Shown: positions 27,757-42,364 of the stretch, piece after piece
Numbering within the stretch: position 1 is the first letter of the stretch
Layout of the letters: the number at the start of each line of letters is the position of its first letter
From: Auanema rhodensis
Taxonomy: Eukaryota > Animalia > Nematoda
DNA length: 64,000 nt
Direction: 5' to 3'
Assembly (NCBI GenBank): GCA_964057225.1
Contig: OZ059897.1
Location: 14,198,001-14,262,000 of the forward strand
Made by a program: the position numbers and the translations under genes
Notes under the pieces: generated by a model
Databases searched by the model: none
The model's input: only the letters and a program-made list of their open reading frames with translations
Told to the model about the DNA's origin: nothing

Positions 27757-30025
27757 ATGAAGATTCTTATTTATTCTTTGTTAGTGTTCCCTGTTTTTAT
27801 TCATAGTCATAGAACTACATTAACCTTTGGAAGACCCCCGAAAGGATTTTTACAGGTGCGTACCAGAGTTGTCTCATTTCCACTTATTTAGACACATATC
27901 AATGATTATTTGATTTCAGGAACCAGCAGCTGATAACTATACAATATCTGAAGAAAAATATATGATTTATTCAAATATTACTCAGAAAGTGGACCATTTT
28001 AATACTAACAATAATGATACGTGGCTGCAGGTACATGATTAAGTTCTGGACTGATACCATTAAAAACTTTCTAGAGATACCAATATAACAGAAAATTCTT
28101 TGATCAAAAGAAAGGAATAGTTTTTTTGATGCTAGGAGGAGAGGGTAAGCGCATTTACACTATAAAACTACATTTAATACTAATCATGTCTCGCTTTCTC
28201 AAACAAGCGTAATTTCCATATAATTTTTATTTCCATATTCACATAGGACAAATTAATGACAAGTGGGTAAGAAATGAAAATGTCAGTATGATGCAATGGG
28301 CGAGAGAATACGGTGCTGCCGCTTTCCAACTTGAGCATAGGTTTTATGGTCCTAGAGGAAATTCACCATATAAGTATGATCTATATTATTTTATAAGAGC
28401 GATTTGTCAACAATTCCAATTTCAGTAGCCAGACTACGCAAAATATGAAACTTTTGACTATTTCCCAAGCTCTTGCTGACATTGCTGAATTCATTAAGCA
28501 AATGAAAACATTATATTTCAAAGGACAGAAGACTTATTGGGTTACTTTCGGTGGATCGTATCCAGGCTCTCTTTCTGCTTTCTTCCGTGAAACATATCCA
28601 GATTTAACTATTGGAGCAGTTTCTACTTCATCAGCAGTGCATGTTTTTGTTGATTATTATGGTATTCAAATAATACTTTTAAATATTATACATTATAAAC
28701 ACATTCAGGTTACGCTGTTAACACGGAAAATAATTATCGTAGTGTCGATACATTATGCGCCGAGCAAATTCGCAAAGGTTTTCAAGATATGATAAATTTA
28801 GCCTACGGCGGAGTTGCTGGAAGACAACAATTAAAAAATATATTCGAGTAATGGTTTTCTTCAAAGTGCCATAATGTTATATTTTAAATAACAGCTTATG
28901 TGATAGTTTTGATGAAACCAAAATTACAAAATCCGTTCAATTCTTTTTCCAAAATATCTATGGGGTTTTCCAAGGAATTAATCAATATTCCGGAGATAAT
29001 CGCGTGGGTCTCACAAAAATTAATCCATTTAATTAAACCTATTTAGGAGCCAGCTTCTCTTGGTTTAGGTGTTCCAAATGCATGTGCGATAATGACAAAC
29101 GGTACAAATGCCATACATAACATCAAGTCTGTGGTAAATATTATATTTACTTGTATGGCTCGTCTAAGAAATATAATTTAAGTGGGATTATTATAACTCA
29201 TTCAATCATGCGTCAGGTTGTAATGATAACAGTTATGATCAATTTATAAAGCGATACGGTGACACATCTTATAGTGATGATGAGGACGTCGGTAAGTTGG
29301 ATAATACTTCACCTCTGAACTGCTATTTTAGTTGCAACTCGCAGTTGGATATGGCAAACATGTACTGAGCTGGGCTATTTCCAAACAACTGATGGAGGAA
29401 ATAAGGGAATATTCGGCAGTACTGTACCACTTGAGTTAGTGTCTATATAATTGCTTAGTTAATATTGCTATTTGAGCTTTTTCGTTGATCAATGTATAGA
29501 TCTCTTCGGTCCCGAATACAATTTAGAAAGTATTTTCCGATCTGTTGCTGAAGTTAAAGCTAAGTTTGGTACCCCCGACGCATATAGAGTTATAGAGAGA
29601 TGAATTATAACAACAATTTTTTTTTTCTAGGGAACTAAGGTAGTTTTTCCAAATGGCTCATTTGATCCATGGAAATCCCTTGGTCTTTTAGAACAATACA
29701 GCGATAAAAATAATGGAATTGACGCCTTCATGATTAATGGTAACATTTACTGATATATTGCAATATATTCGGAACGTGCTGTAGGAACCGCTCATTGTGC
29801 TGATATGTATCCTGCGAGAGGTTCTGATTTACCTTCCCTGGTTGCAGGTCGCGAAAGAATTAGGAAAAATCTGGATTCATGGATTAAAGATGCTTTAACC
29901 AAAGGTAAATTAGTACCGAATTTCAAAAAAAATAAAAAATATAAAATAATATTTCAGGTTCTTCCTCTGTTTTCAATAACATAGTTATTTATGTGATTGC
30001 AATGCTAGTAATTAGAATGATGTAA
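27757..30025 (+). CDS. Serine carboxypeptidase family S28 (prolyl carboxypeptidase-like, pcp family)
   Basis: 14 exons: signal peptide, QKVDHF, WLQRY, LEHRFYG, QALADIA, FGGSYPGSL (catalytic Ser), SWIWQTCTELGYFQT, NGSFDPW (Asp), TAHCADM (His); hydrophobic C-terminal tail. Confidence 0.93.
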
Positions 30026-30290
30026 ACAAAAATTTATAGTCTTTAAAAAGCTGGAATAAGTAACCTGTATGTCCATCTTGCAAAATTAATGAACGAATCA
30101 TGGATGCAATAAAGCTTACAAAGAATGAGGGAATGCGAAAAGCTAAAAATCAAGATCAAACCAAAAAATGACTAAAACTTTTTAAATATATAAGAAGAAT
30201 ACTGAAATGTTAAAGATCTGTACAATAATAAATTAACACATGTAAGAATCACAGCATGATGAATATTATGAACTTTAATATGATTGTCAC

Positions 30291-33200
30291 TTATTATATC
30301 CGAAATTTAAAAGAGAGTTACCAGACATAACAGGGAGCACAATATCATCCATATTAGGACAAACTAAATTTTTCTCAATAAGCAGCCGAAGTTTAGATTC
30401 GATCCAATCTGAAACAGTGGAAAAGTCTACGGAACGATCTCCGACTTGTGGAACAGCTCGAATGGAAACTTTGGGTACACTGCGGAATCCGTACCTTCAA
30501 TATTGATATAAAGATTGTTTCACAGTTTTAAGAACACTACCATAACCGATCAGATGGAGGAGGAGGAATATTAACAGTCATTGTTCCTTCCAGCTGCTCG
30601 ACTTTCACATTCAAAATCAAAGGAGTTGAAGACATTTCTTCCATGAACTGAACAAGAAGGTTATATAAAATTATTTGAATAAGAATACCTTAGCCACTCT
30701 AGGGTATTTAGCAGCTTTTTGGAAAAATTTACTTTGTGCGGCTTTTTCAACGATAGACAAAATCTTTTTACCGGTTCGCTCTCGATTTCTATAAACATTG
30801 AATATATGATTGTGTTTAGAATACTACTAACCCATCACTCTGGTTTTTGGAACCGAAATCTTCATCGGGACTGCTTTCAGGGCTTTCAGGTAAATCTTCA
30901 TCTGAATAATGTGTCGCCCGTACAGAGTCTGTCCATCTGCTAACTTTTCTCTCGGTTTCAACCTTTAATAAGAAGATTCTATGATAAAAAGACCGAAAAG
31001 CTCACAGAGTTTGAACCATTTTGCAACTTTAGTAAATTTACACTAGTTTGTAAAACCAAACGTATACCTCCATTATATTTCATCTAAACAGAAAATTTGT
31101 AACCTTAAAATAAACAAAATAAACCTCGAAATCAACCCAAAGACCCCATTCATTCATTTTAGGTGCATACACACCCATAATGCGAGGCGCAGCTCCTCCG
31201 AAATCAAGTTCAGAAAGAGATAATGTTTCAATAAAGTAGGGAAGCTAAAAATTAAATAATTTTAACCATATTTTTCAATTATTCCAGAAAATTTACATGA
31301 ATAGTTGCAAGCTTGCTTTGAATTTTCTGTTTCACCGCATTCATCCAGAATCGATCGCGACAAAAATCGAAGAATATTCTGAAAAGATTTGAATAGAACA
31401 CCAAGAAAAAAATTCAAAACCTTGCACCCAGAGCATTAATTGATTCAACAAGATCAGAGTTTTCTTCAATTATTCCAGGTTGCCACTTCATATCGCCTAA
31501 GTCCAATGATACAGTTGAATCTCTTTCAGGACAAGGAATTCCGTTCCCCAAAATTTTAAACATCTCTCTGTATATGAAAAATCATGATTAAAAAAAGAAA
31601 TTTTTTTATACTTGGCATATTGGCGATGATTCCGGCGGTACAACACATACTCAAATGCACGACCTAAGCTTTGAATGGTGGACTCACTGGGATTGTTATC
31701 CATATTCTGAAATATTAAAATGAAACCAATTTTCAAATCGATAAAAACCTCAACGTCGTGCCCCTCTGAGTTGCTTCTTTTAACTTCATCAATGCAACTT
31801 GATCTACGATTTTTTACATCATGGTCAGAATCAGGACCTGGCTTAATACAAGCTTCACGAAGCCTAAACGAAATAGTTACATAAGTTAGATTATAATCAA
31901 AATATAAAACTCACAAATGAAACCATCTCTCCTTTTCTCGCGCAGCTCTCACAAATAGATAAATAGATCGCCCTTTTCTTCTTTTTGACTTCGGGTCTGA
32001 ATCTAGTTTATATTCGGCCAAATTACCTGCAGAGTTAGAACGCTGCACCCTTTGTGAACCTAAAATTCATTCTATTATAAACATTTCAAACATTACAAGC
32101 TCTACATTCATCATCGGAGGATGTTTCACTCTCTGCGGAATACCCGTTTTCGTCTACAGGCCGTATTTCAGACACTGTAGGCTTATCTTCTCTACTACCA
32201 GCAACTGGATGCAAAGAAATAGACCTGTACATATGAATCAATTTTATATAATTTAACAGTGCAAAAAGTTTACCTTGTCATGCCGGGCTTATCAATGTCA
32301 ACTTCAGCAAGAGCGCTGTTTTTGTGTGCAAAACGTATATGAATAGGATACTTTCTACTCCACCATCGACGCTTAGCTAATCGCTTTGGGCGAAGAGAGA
32401 CCTAAACATTTACAATAAAATAGTTGTATTATATAATATATAGTAATATACCTTAGCATCTGTGAGATCGTAAATGGATTGCGCTACCATTGTTGGGGCG
32501 GACTGCTCAAGTGTGGGATCTTGATGAAAAGCATGCTTGAGTCCTGCTTTGGCTGGTCTAGAAATCCGAAGAGTGCAACCCTAAACTAGTATTTGCAATC
32601 GAAATTTCCTTTCTTCCAACCTCAAGTCGTACAAGAACAGATTGTGCATTATTTACATGATAACAACCAGCAGAGTATCGCGATCTTAGCTCGTTCATCC
32701 AACCCTTAACATTTAAATATATTAGAGAACTACAAACTAAATGAAATACCCTGTATACTATCTGATCTCGTACTCCTAAAGCGCTCCCTTCATCATCAGG
32801 ATAGTTTGCTTCTACAGCAACATCAACATCAATATCGGATACAGAATTCTGTTTTTGACATACAGATACCTAATTTGTAACAGAATATATATAATATAGA
32901 AAGAATATAAAGAAAACAAATATTATATATGTATAGAAAGAATATTTATCATTAGAATATCTTACCTTCCTTAACACTCTAGTAGGATCGGATACAAACA
33001 AGTAGAGAAAACCGGAGAAAGCCAGATAAAGTCCCCAAAGCAGGCCAGTGATAAAACCTAATCAATGAAAAAAAAATTATATTTTGAAAAAATGAATTAC
33101 ATACCAGGTACTACAAGGGTCAGTGCGGCTAAGACACCTAAAGCATACATCCTATGACGAAAAAAAGGCATGGAACGACATCGTTTCGCAAGAGAATCAA

Positions 33201-34998
33201 TGGTAATTGGCATAGCTTCCCTTCTCTCTCTTTCTTCATGCTTAACATTTTTGAATATTTTAAATACGGAAAAAGAACATTTACTGGTTCAGTTTCTACA
33301 CTTCGAGGAATTTCTATATTTGAATGTGTTTCATCCTTTACGGATGGCATTGATGAGAGAGAAGCAGCAATAATAAGTGGTGAGTTTTCTTCTAACAATT
33401 CCGAACCTTAATCGATAAAACTTCAGTGTTTCAAATATATATAAAGACTTTATAGAAACATTTTAAATGACTCAAAAGGACAAATAAACTTTTGTTTCGA
33501 TTGTACCAGAATGGATTGTAAATCGATTGATATTCAATAATAAGAAAATATACAACATTTCAAAAAATATATTTCTGGATAATGTTTCATGAAATTTCTT
33601 TTAAAAAATCAGCAAATTTTTAGATTTATTAAATGAATGCTTACGTTGAGGAGACTTTCGGTCTCTTCTAGAAACTAGCTGTTTCCCTTTGAGCTTAGCT
33701 TTGTCAATCAGTGCACTGATCTTACTTTGATCCTAAAATATAATATTTTAAGATATATTGGTAATGTGACTAAAATGTAGTTAATAACCTACTTTAGAGT
33801 CATTACTTCCTAGGGAACTTCTGTCCTGTGTAATACTATCTGAATCACTCATTTCTGTGCCTGTTAAATCAGCATGTTCTTCAGGACCCTGAATTTATAA
33901 ATTCTTAATAGAAATAAGCAAGAATTATAAAAAATTGAAGATAAACTGAACAACATTCAGCGGTTTAGTTTAAATAGCAGCGACAAGACTCATTCTATCA
34001 GTAACTAAAGCAATAGCCAGTACACTACACACCATGGAAAGTCAACAAGAGAAAAAACAGATGGCGCCAAGACCAGAACGAGCCTTTAGGTACGGAGGTC
34101 GATAAACAACAAAGTACAAGCATTGGCTTGTCTATGAAGCTCTACACGTCTTAAGTATTTAAATATGACAGAAATGTGAAAAAAAAATTATTATTCTAAA
34201 ATTGGAATGATGAAAAATACAGTGTTTTCGTGTTCACCAATTGAAAAATGTGACGTGGTTGACAAAAGATAAATGTGAAACGCTCAGTGTTACAAAGACC
34301 GCGAATCAATGCTTGAATATGAGGAACATGGAGAACAAAAAGGTCGCTTATGCACGAGTATAAATCATTTGAACGTACTTCAGAAAGGTCAATTAAGAAT
34401 TGAGAATATACTAAACACGAGGTTAAGATTATACTTCTTAGCATGAAGTGAAATACTGATGAGGGAGAAAATTCAACTACCGCAATAAGCATAGGAAAAC
34501 TAATTTTTTTAAAAAAAATATTTCAATGTTTTCGCGGGTACTGAAATATGGACGTTAAATAAAAGGTACTACAAAAATTAAAAAAAAAAGTATTTAAATC
34601 TGTATCTCTAATTAAGCTAAGATAATTAATCAAATACAGAGCAAAAGCTTATAACAGAAAATAGACAAATATACAAGTGTGTTAAGCGACGACAAGACTA
34701 CAAAAGAAAGTAGTATTAATCATGCAATTGTTACCACGTCTTATCATATACTAAACTTACAAAAGACTTCTGAGCAGTAGAAGATTCCTAGTTGTGATTC
34801 ATAATAATATCGAAAGAGAAAAGTTATAGCACTCACTCTGGCTTCGACAGCTTCCTCTATATCTTCGGAAGCACCGAATCCGTACTCATCTTTTGAATTT
34901 TCTTTAGGGAAGTCACTCAATCGAACAGAACCAGAAAATGAAACGCGACCGGTGGAAGAAAATGAAACGGAGTCCGGTGAACGGACACGAGACGTCAT
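30291..34998 (-). CDS. TEX2-like ER membrane lipid-transfer protein (TM hairpin, PH-like, SMP domain); 5' end uncertain
   Basis: GWMNEL..SVLVRLE..LRISRP; YLFVRAAREKERWF; RIFFDFCRDRFW..IQSKL..LPYFIETL; EQLEGTMTVNIPPPPSDRLWYGFR..WIESKL..LVCPNMDD matches the TEX2/Nvj2 SMP region. ATG at 34998 follows a TTTTAG acceptor, but upstream exons are possible. Confidence 0.88.
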
Positions 34999-37900
34999 CA
35001 AAGCATCAAACTAAAACATATAAGATTTCTTGTATATAATTTATACTGATAAGATATCATAAAAAGCCAATAATTTAAAAACAAAAAAGTTAGCTAAACG
35101 ACAATAATATTTTTGGTCATGTGGTCAACCCATTCGTTTGCGAAATTTCAATGAGAAAAATCAATATATTTGACTTCATATGTAATGTAAGTGGGAGAAT
35201 TAAAATATAACATATTCATGCCTCAGGTGGATTTATATATTTATATATATATATCATAATTACATATACAAATTGATAAAGCTTGTATTATTAGAAAATT
35301 TTCTAAGAAAATACGCTCGTTTGAATAAAAATAATAGTCGTAATTTGGCGGACAAATTCTTCCTCATAGAACCGAACCATATAGGGATTTCATAGCGGAA
35401 ATTCCATTCTTTATTCTATCAATTCAGAAACATTTTTTTCCGGTGAAGTTGGTAAATAAACCAAGTGAACATCGAGAGGAACGAAAAGAATACACCGAAG
35501 AAAAGTACACAATATGAACGGAGTGACCGCATGCTTCTAAGACTGGCGCTTTTTGACCATTTTTCCAATACTATGATCTTACACATAGATGGATGTTTCT
35601 GTGTTGTTGTTGTGGTGGAGGTCGAGAAATCGTTGTCTTGTTTTCGCTTGTATAATGATGATGTCGATAACGATGATGAAAGATATGAAGATGACGGCTT
35701 GCAGCTTCTATCAATTTCGTCCATATATCTCTCACTCTAGTCTCTCGCTATTTCTTTCCTTCTCTGTGTGACTTTTTTCAGTTGGACTCGGTTTCAGCAA
35801 TCTCGTTCCTTCCATGCTAGAAGAAGAGGATCTGGTCGAAGTGAATGATGCAATACTTTCTTCTTAGGGAATATACTATAGTGTAAGGCTTGGAGGTTTC
35901 ATGGTGCAATTACCCATTTCATTGACAATACATGACAGAAACGTCAAAATCTGCTTTTACAGTATGACATCATGTGAGTATTGATAAAAAACTAAAACAA
36001 AATTTGAACGACAGCTAGAATAAGCAGTATAGATTTAAGACAGTTCTCATTCATTAATCGTAAAACATGAAAATTAAAATTCAATTAATTTATAAATAAA
36101 TACTTTAGTGAAAAAAATATTGCTTAGAAAGTAGGTAAAATAGTTTTGAAAATGGATGGATCACTCTCTATAGCTGAAATGTCTCGGAAGCGGGTATCAT
36201 TCATAAAAATTATTTATGATAACAAATTATGATAGATAGGAATTTACTGCGGTATTTGTCTACAAAACCAGAGATTGCTTAGATTTTGAATAATTAGAAA
36301 TGCGTTGTGATAACTAGCCAAAACGTTTGAAGTTTACGTTTATATGCATAGTAGTTGTGCAATATATTGGATATCTTTATGGCCACAGACATATGCACAA
36401 AACAAACAATGTAATTCAAAAATAGCTTTAAGCTTATGTATACAGGGCAATTCTGATGAATTATTCCGAAAAATGCTGATGTGGAATAAACTTTGATGAT
36501 ATTGTTCAATGAGGATTTGTTCTTAATTTATTTATTGCTGAAGTGAAATAATATATTTTTCAGTACTTGAAAAAACATATAGCTGAGTACTAAGAAGAAA
36601 AAATATAATTCTTTTTTTCCTCCAGCATTTACGTTATATTTTCATAAGAAAAAGGAAGGAAACAATGGAACAGAATTTGTTCACAAGTAATGAAAAGTCG
36701 AAAATATGAAGAGATCCCTAACAAACATACTATGAACAACAATACGTCTTTTTGAAATTATTTATGTATAGTTAATCGGTCATTTTTTTATAATTTTTTA
36801 GTAATATCTTTTTAACTTTGGTTCAATTTTACCTTTACTCGGTACTATAAATGGAAATGTAAGTAAGATATATAATTTACTCGAGACAGTTTTGTTTCTT
36901 CTTCTTACAAGAAAACAGTTAATAACATAGTTCCCATTAACAACGTCGGTCACGCTGTCAGTGCTATCAGGACTTAGCATATTGTCTTTAGAAGATACAC
37001 GAGGTCTCGAAGTAATTGTTACGAGAGGCGGATAATAGTAAGAGCGGTATGCAAGTCTTGTTATTAGCTTTCTATCTATCACTTTTTATTCTTCATTTTA
37101 TCCATCTCTTTCTTTAAGCGTATTTTCTTGTTTCTTTAATTTGCCAATGGCGGATCCGGTCGTCGAGATTTGGCTGCCCTCGACCTTCCTAATCAGTTTA
37201 CAGTTCATATCAGTATCAGCGAAGGCCGATCGTCGGACCTGCTCGTGCTTGCCCTAGGTTAAGCCAAGATTCAAATTGGATTGTTATTGCATAGGTTTGA
37301 TAATTACTTTTTGATTTTATAATGAAATTCTTTCAGTATTTCTTAATTTTAATCTTTATAGGAATAGGTTCAATGACATACATATGTCACACTATTTGTT
37401 TCTACTTTTTAAAATGTATTTTTTTCCGTATCTTTAATACCTTTTGAAGAATAGTTTGTTTTCTTTCCTTGGCTGACATTTTTCTCCCTCTGCAACTTTC
37501 ACTAATATTAGAAACTTTCCTTTCCTCACTATTTCAGCCACTTTCTTTTTTGTTTTTTTTTTCATATTTGTCTCTTTTTCAACACTTGTATATCCAATCT
37601 CATCGCAATTATGTCATATTGTGTGTACCCCAGATGACAAAAAAAAGGAGAGTCGAGAATTTCCTGAGACTAGTTGCGACAGGAATTTTGTGACCTTTTT
37701 TTCTGTTTTGATAACACATACTGAGAAACTGATAGTAAAAGTATCTGTCATCAAATCATATCAAAAACTTGTCGCTGAACACTTGATCTAGTATTGTTAC
37801 TGCTGCTACTGCGAGGGCGGGAAAAAATTGTCGAAAAATGAGACGAGTTATTGCATTTTTAGTATTTTTGCTAAACCATCACTGATTTTGCATTACCCCG

Positions 37901-40449
37901 GAAACGCTATATCATCGTCAGTGGACGAAGTTTGAAAGATTTTCTATTCATTTTTCTCCCCTTTCCGGAATCTTCCGCAGTAATGGATAGAGTTTGGCAT
38001 GAAAAAATGAACTGTTCTGCACTACGCCGTGTTTCTTTGAACTTTTCGCAACTAGGACAGTGATCTCATTTTACCTCATCTTGCACGCTCCGCACGTGAA
38101 AACGTGTTCTTGGGATCTAATCTCAAAACTGAATGAACATCATGAGAGATATGCACGCATATATTGAAAAAATTGAGAATCTTATGAAAATAAATCAAAT
38201 AATCGACAGTTTCTATACCGGAAATGTGTCTTGCAGCTTTTCTTGAATAGCAGTAGGGAAGCAAATTTGAAATAGCTATGGGAGCTGGGATAGATTCTAG
38301 ACATGAATGAACAATTCTCATTGACGTGTAGCACAACTGAAGTGCAAAGAACGGTTCTAAATTGCGATACCTCTTCTTTTTATTCATCATCTTTTTTGTT
38401 CTTTTTACTATCTTCTTTTTTCTGTTTTCTTTTTTAAGATTAGTCGGATTCTCTTGTTATTTGATTATCTAAAGCCTAAGATGAGATGGTAATTATTCCA
38501 CATTTTACAACTTGATGGAATGTTTTCTATTCAACAACTCTTCAGTCTATGCGAAAGCCGTTCCATGTTAAAGAAGGCTGATATTTTATAGGAACAAATT
38601 AGATAATGGAACAATATTTATCAAAAACTTTAAACATCACCTAATAATTCAATAAACTCAAAATATACAAGACAAGATAAAAAGATTTATATGAATGTGG
38701 TAAACAAGCAAGCATAGGTGCTGTAAAGTATGTATACTTATCTTTACATAAACCATTCAATATAAAGTAAACAGAAGACTTTAACTAACTTGTATTATAT
38801 CCTATCTATTTTGAAGATGTACTAATTAATTAAAATTTCTCTTATTTGATTTTAAATTGCTATTATTTTGATTAATCTATCATGAGCATCCATTATTCTC
38901 GTGATGCCTTTTCTAATTCGTTGTTATAAATTCATGTGATTACTCTCTCAAAAAGATCGTCTCTTTTTCAATTTTCAATTTTTAAAACTGATCTTTTTGT
39001 TCTTCCAACTTTTTTTTCTGTCTGTGAAGATCATAACATAATTGTATGATCATCTTATGCAACTTCAATAGTTCTTCCTTATGTTATGAAGATGTCCAGA
39101 ACATTAGATTCAAAAAGATCAAAAAGTTGAACTATATATTTTTGAGTTATTATATAAAAATTTAAAAATTTTAATTATATGCTTTAATGTTTCTTCAACT
39201 ATTCTTTTAGTTAATATTTTATGTATACATATATACATTCTTTGAATTGTTTAGTTCTCTCTATAGTTTCTTTTGATCTTTTTAACATAATTTCACTTTA
39301 CATGTCTTGTTCTGCCACATTTGACAATTGAAATTATATATGTGTATATTATACGCCTTAACAACTACCCTTCCAAATAAGCCGAAACTATTAAAATGGT
39401 ATGTGGACAGGTCTGGACCCAGGCCGCATGTTCGTCTTGTCTGTGTCCAAAATGGTTATGAACCACTCTTCGTGTCACATGGCATGCCGATATCGATGAA
39501 ATTTAAGCTTATTAAGTTAATTTTTTTGTTTTACAAGGAATATATTGTGAGTGAACTATTAATTACATAATTCTACTTATAGCCATTAGAATATCATACC
39601 ACCTTTCATCTGTAACGCTAACGTCGCCGTTTTCCTTGCCGCACAGAATTGTGGTCTTAGACAGACGACGTCGTGCTATTCTTCCGTCCATCATTATCAT
39701 TTCAGTTTTTCATGTCATCGAACGTCTCTGTCAATGTGTCTTCAGTCTCTTTACCCCCGCTTCACCCAGTCCTAAGCATTTCCATGAATGCAGTGTTGTG
39801 GCGTTCGATGCTTCTTCCATCATTGATTTTCATTAACTGATCATGATGATAGTGTCTTATGTCTCTATATATGCATGTATATAATAGCCAATGTATGCAT
39901 ATATGACTACATGAAAATAGATAATTGTCTTGTTAGGACCTGGTTACAAGGGCTTGTCCTCTGATGCAACATCATCGTCTCTGCCGACCATCCAATCTAC
40001 TATTAACTATCAACTAATCCATCCCTAATCATAGATACACGCACATTGACAGCTACATCTACAATGTAAAGAAGTTATTGCCCACTCAACTATTTCACGT
40101 TTATGCTTAATTTCGGGCCATTTATCACTGTTACTTCTATTTCTTTTGTGTTATATTATAAACATACAACTATATCTATATATCGTATAAATAACATCTA
40201 GATGTATGCATGTATACATGCAGTTTCTCTTTTTTCATTTTTTTCTCGCCATCATCTGAATTGCAGTGTTTCACACCGTGCGCTTTTATGCTTTTTCTTG
40301 TCATCTATTCTCATTAATTAGAATGTTCTCAGGTTCCTAGCAACCTATGCTTTTGATTTTTACTTTCATTTCTTCCTTTCATACGGAAACAAACTAATCG
40401 ATTGATTGATAATGTTTATATAACTACCATTCTTACCCCCCTTTCTCAC

Positions 40450-40564
40450 ACTCTCTCTCTCTCTTTCTCTCTCTCTCTCTTTCTTTCTCTCTCTTTCTCT
40501 TTCTTCCTCTCTCCTTCTCCCCCTCTCTCTCTTTCTCTCTCTTTCTCTTTCTCCCTCTCTCTCT
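40450..40564. repeat. Imperfect (CT)n / polypyrimidine microsatellite
   Basis: Direct reading; explains the spurious ERERER ORF at 40366..40581. Confidence 0.95.
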
Positions 40565-42364
40565 AAAGTTAATTCAGACAACTATTTTCGGTATTTTCAT
40601 AATATCAAGTGTATCAGATTTTTTTGAATTCAATTTATGTTCTAACTATAGCTTATGAGTACTGCTGTATGTATTCTATCTTCTACATTCAACAATTCAC
40701 ATGTCCAAGTGCATAGTTTGAGATCAAGGACAGTATCAATATTGAAGATCTATCAAAATTTTAATTAAAATCAGTTAGAACTATCAAAATCTTTTTAACT
40801 AAATGCTTGACATTCGCTCATTAACAAGTGTTCGCAAAATTTGATCTATACCATTGCTTGAACCTTTCATATCGTTTTCATGTAGTTTTTTTCTGTTTCT
40901 CATTAACTGTATCTCGTTCTTCTCTGCTCTCCTTCACCCTGACCCCGACCTGTATATTTCATGTTGTTAAGAGTGATCTCGGGCTCAGTTCTTGATCAGG
41001 ACTCTTGCTCCTTCTCGTTTTATAACATTTTTTCTACAACCGTTAATTTGAAAAAGTTAAACAGACTTCGAAATCTGCAGCTTTGAATCTTAGTGATGTC
41101 GTCATAATAAACTTGAATCAGTTTTTGTGTTTATCTTATGAAAACTTTTCTTTCTCAGTCATTCATTCTCTCTCTCTCGTCGTTTCCGACAGTTTTATCA
41201 ACCGTTCACCACCTTGTTCACTCTTTTAAAGAAGATAGAAGTCGATTTTGAAAAATGGTTCGTTTGACCGCCGACGTCGATGCTACTTCGAAACCATTTC
41301 GACCGTTACCATTCTCGTCCCCTCCAGTATCACTCCTTCGTCTTCTTGATATCTATCCTGCTTTCTTCTATCATCTGTCTTCTTTTTTTCATGCATTTTT
41401 CTAGTAAGAAAGTCTTACCTCTATATACGACATTTCAGGGGCAACGCTACTCAACGGCATTATCAGTTTCCATTTATTGCGTTCGGTATACTGATTCTCG
41501 AATGTTGGCCAACCCTCTTCCTTTTTTTTTCACAAATCGTCTCCGTTCTCTTCTTATTGCTTATTTTTATCGTTCCTTCTCGCTTCTCTTCACTTCTTTC
41601 ACTTGTTGCTTCTCATTGATTTCCGCGTTTCATTTCGATTTCATTATTTTACATATAATTATTATATTTATTTCATCAAACAGATGTTACAAAAGTTATT
41701 TTGTCTTGTTACTCCAATTAGTAGTTCATGTTTCTTCAACTGATTTTTGATTTGCCTGAGCTCTGTGATCCAGGTTGATTCATCAAGCACATGATTTTAG
41801 AGGCGTTCGTTTCTCTTCTCTAAAAATTAAAGTATAATCGTATAATTCGACTTAAAGGTGCTATGTAAAGTCGACCCAGTGGATAGTTTTTGAAAACTTA
41901 GTTGCTATGTTCTACTGATTCTAAGAAGAAATCATACTGTTTAAAAAACATAGCGAATTAAATGTCCTGATGAGTTTATTTGCCACTCTGTTCTATCCTA
42001 GCTTTCGCTTTTGCTGTTTTTTTAAGGAATATCACCTTTCATCACATTCGCATTCGTTCTCCATCTACGTGCTTTATATGTTCTTCTCTCATCGGCTAGT
42101 TAGCCTGTCTAGAAGTTGACAAATGGACCGGACGTTCGTCTTACCACACTTTCTGAATCTTTTTATTTTCTCATATTTAGTATTCTTTTTATTTGTTAAT
42201 ATTAGTTGAATGTGATTTTGTATATCTTATTCATCATATCCTGGCAATAATACTGCAACATATTCATGTGTGGCTTTGAGTACTTTTCAAATATAATATA
42301 TACTTTTATTCTTCTCCATTACATAATTTTTCATTATTGTAATCCTTGCTTGCTTGCAGGTAAA

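Noticed and set aside
40366-40581. ORF encoding ERERER-rich peptide
   Set aside because: Translation of a (CT)n microsatellite
41280-41750. 156-aa hydrophobic ORF
   Set aside because: T-rich low-complexity intergenic sequence with no motif or supporting splice structure
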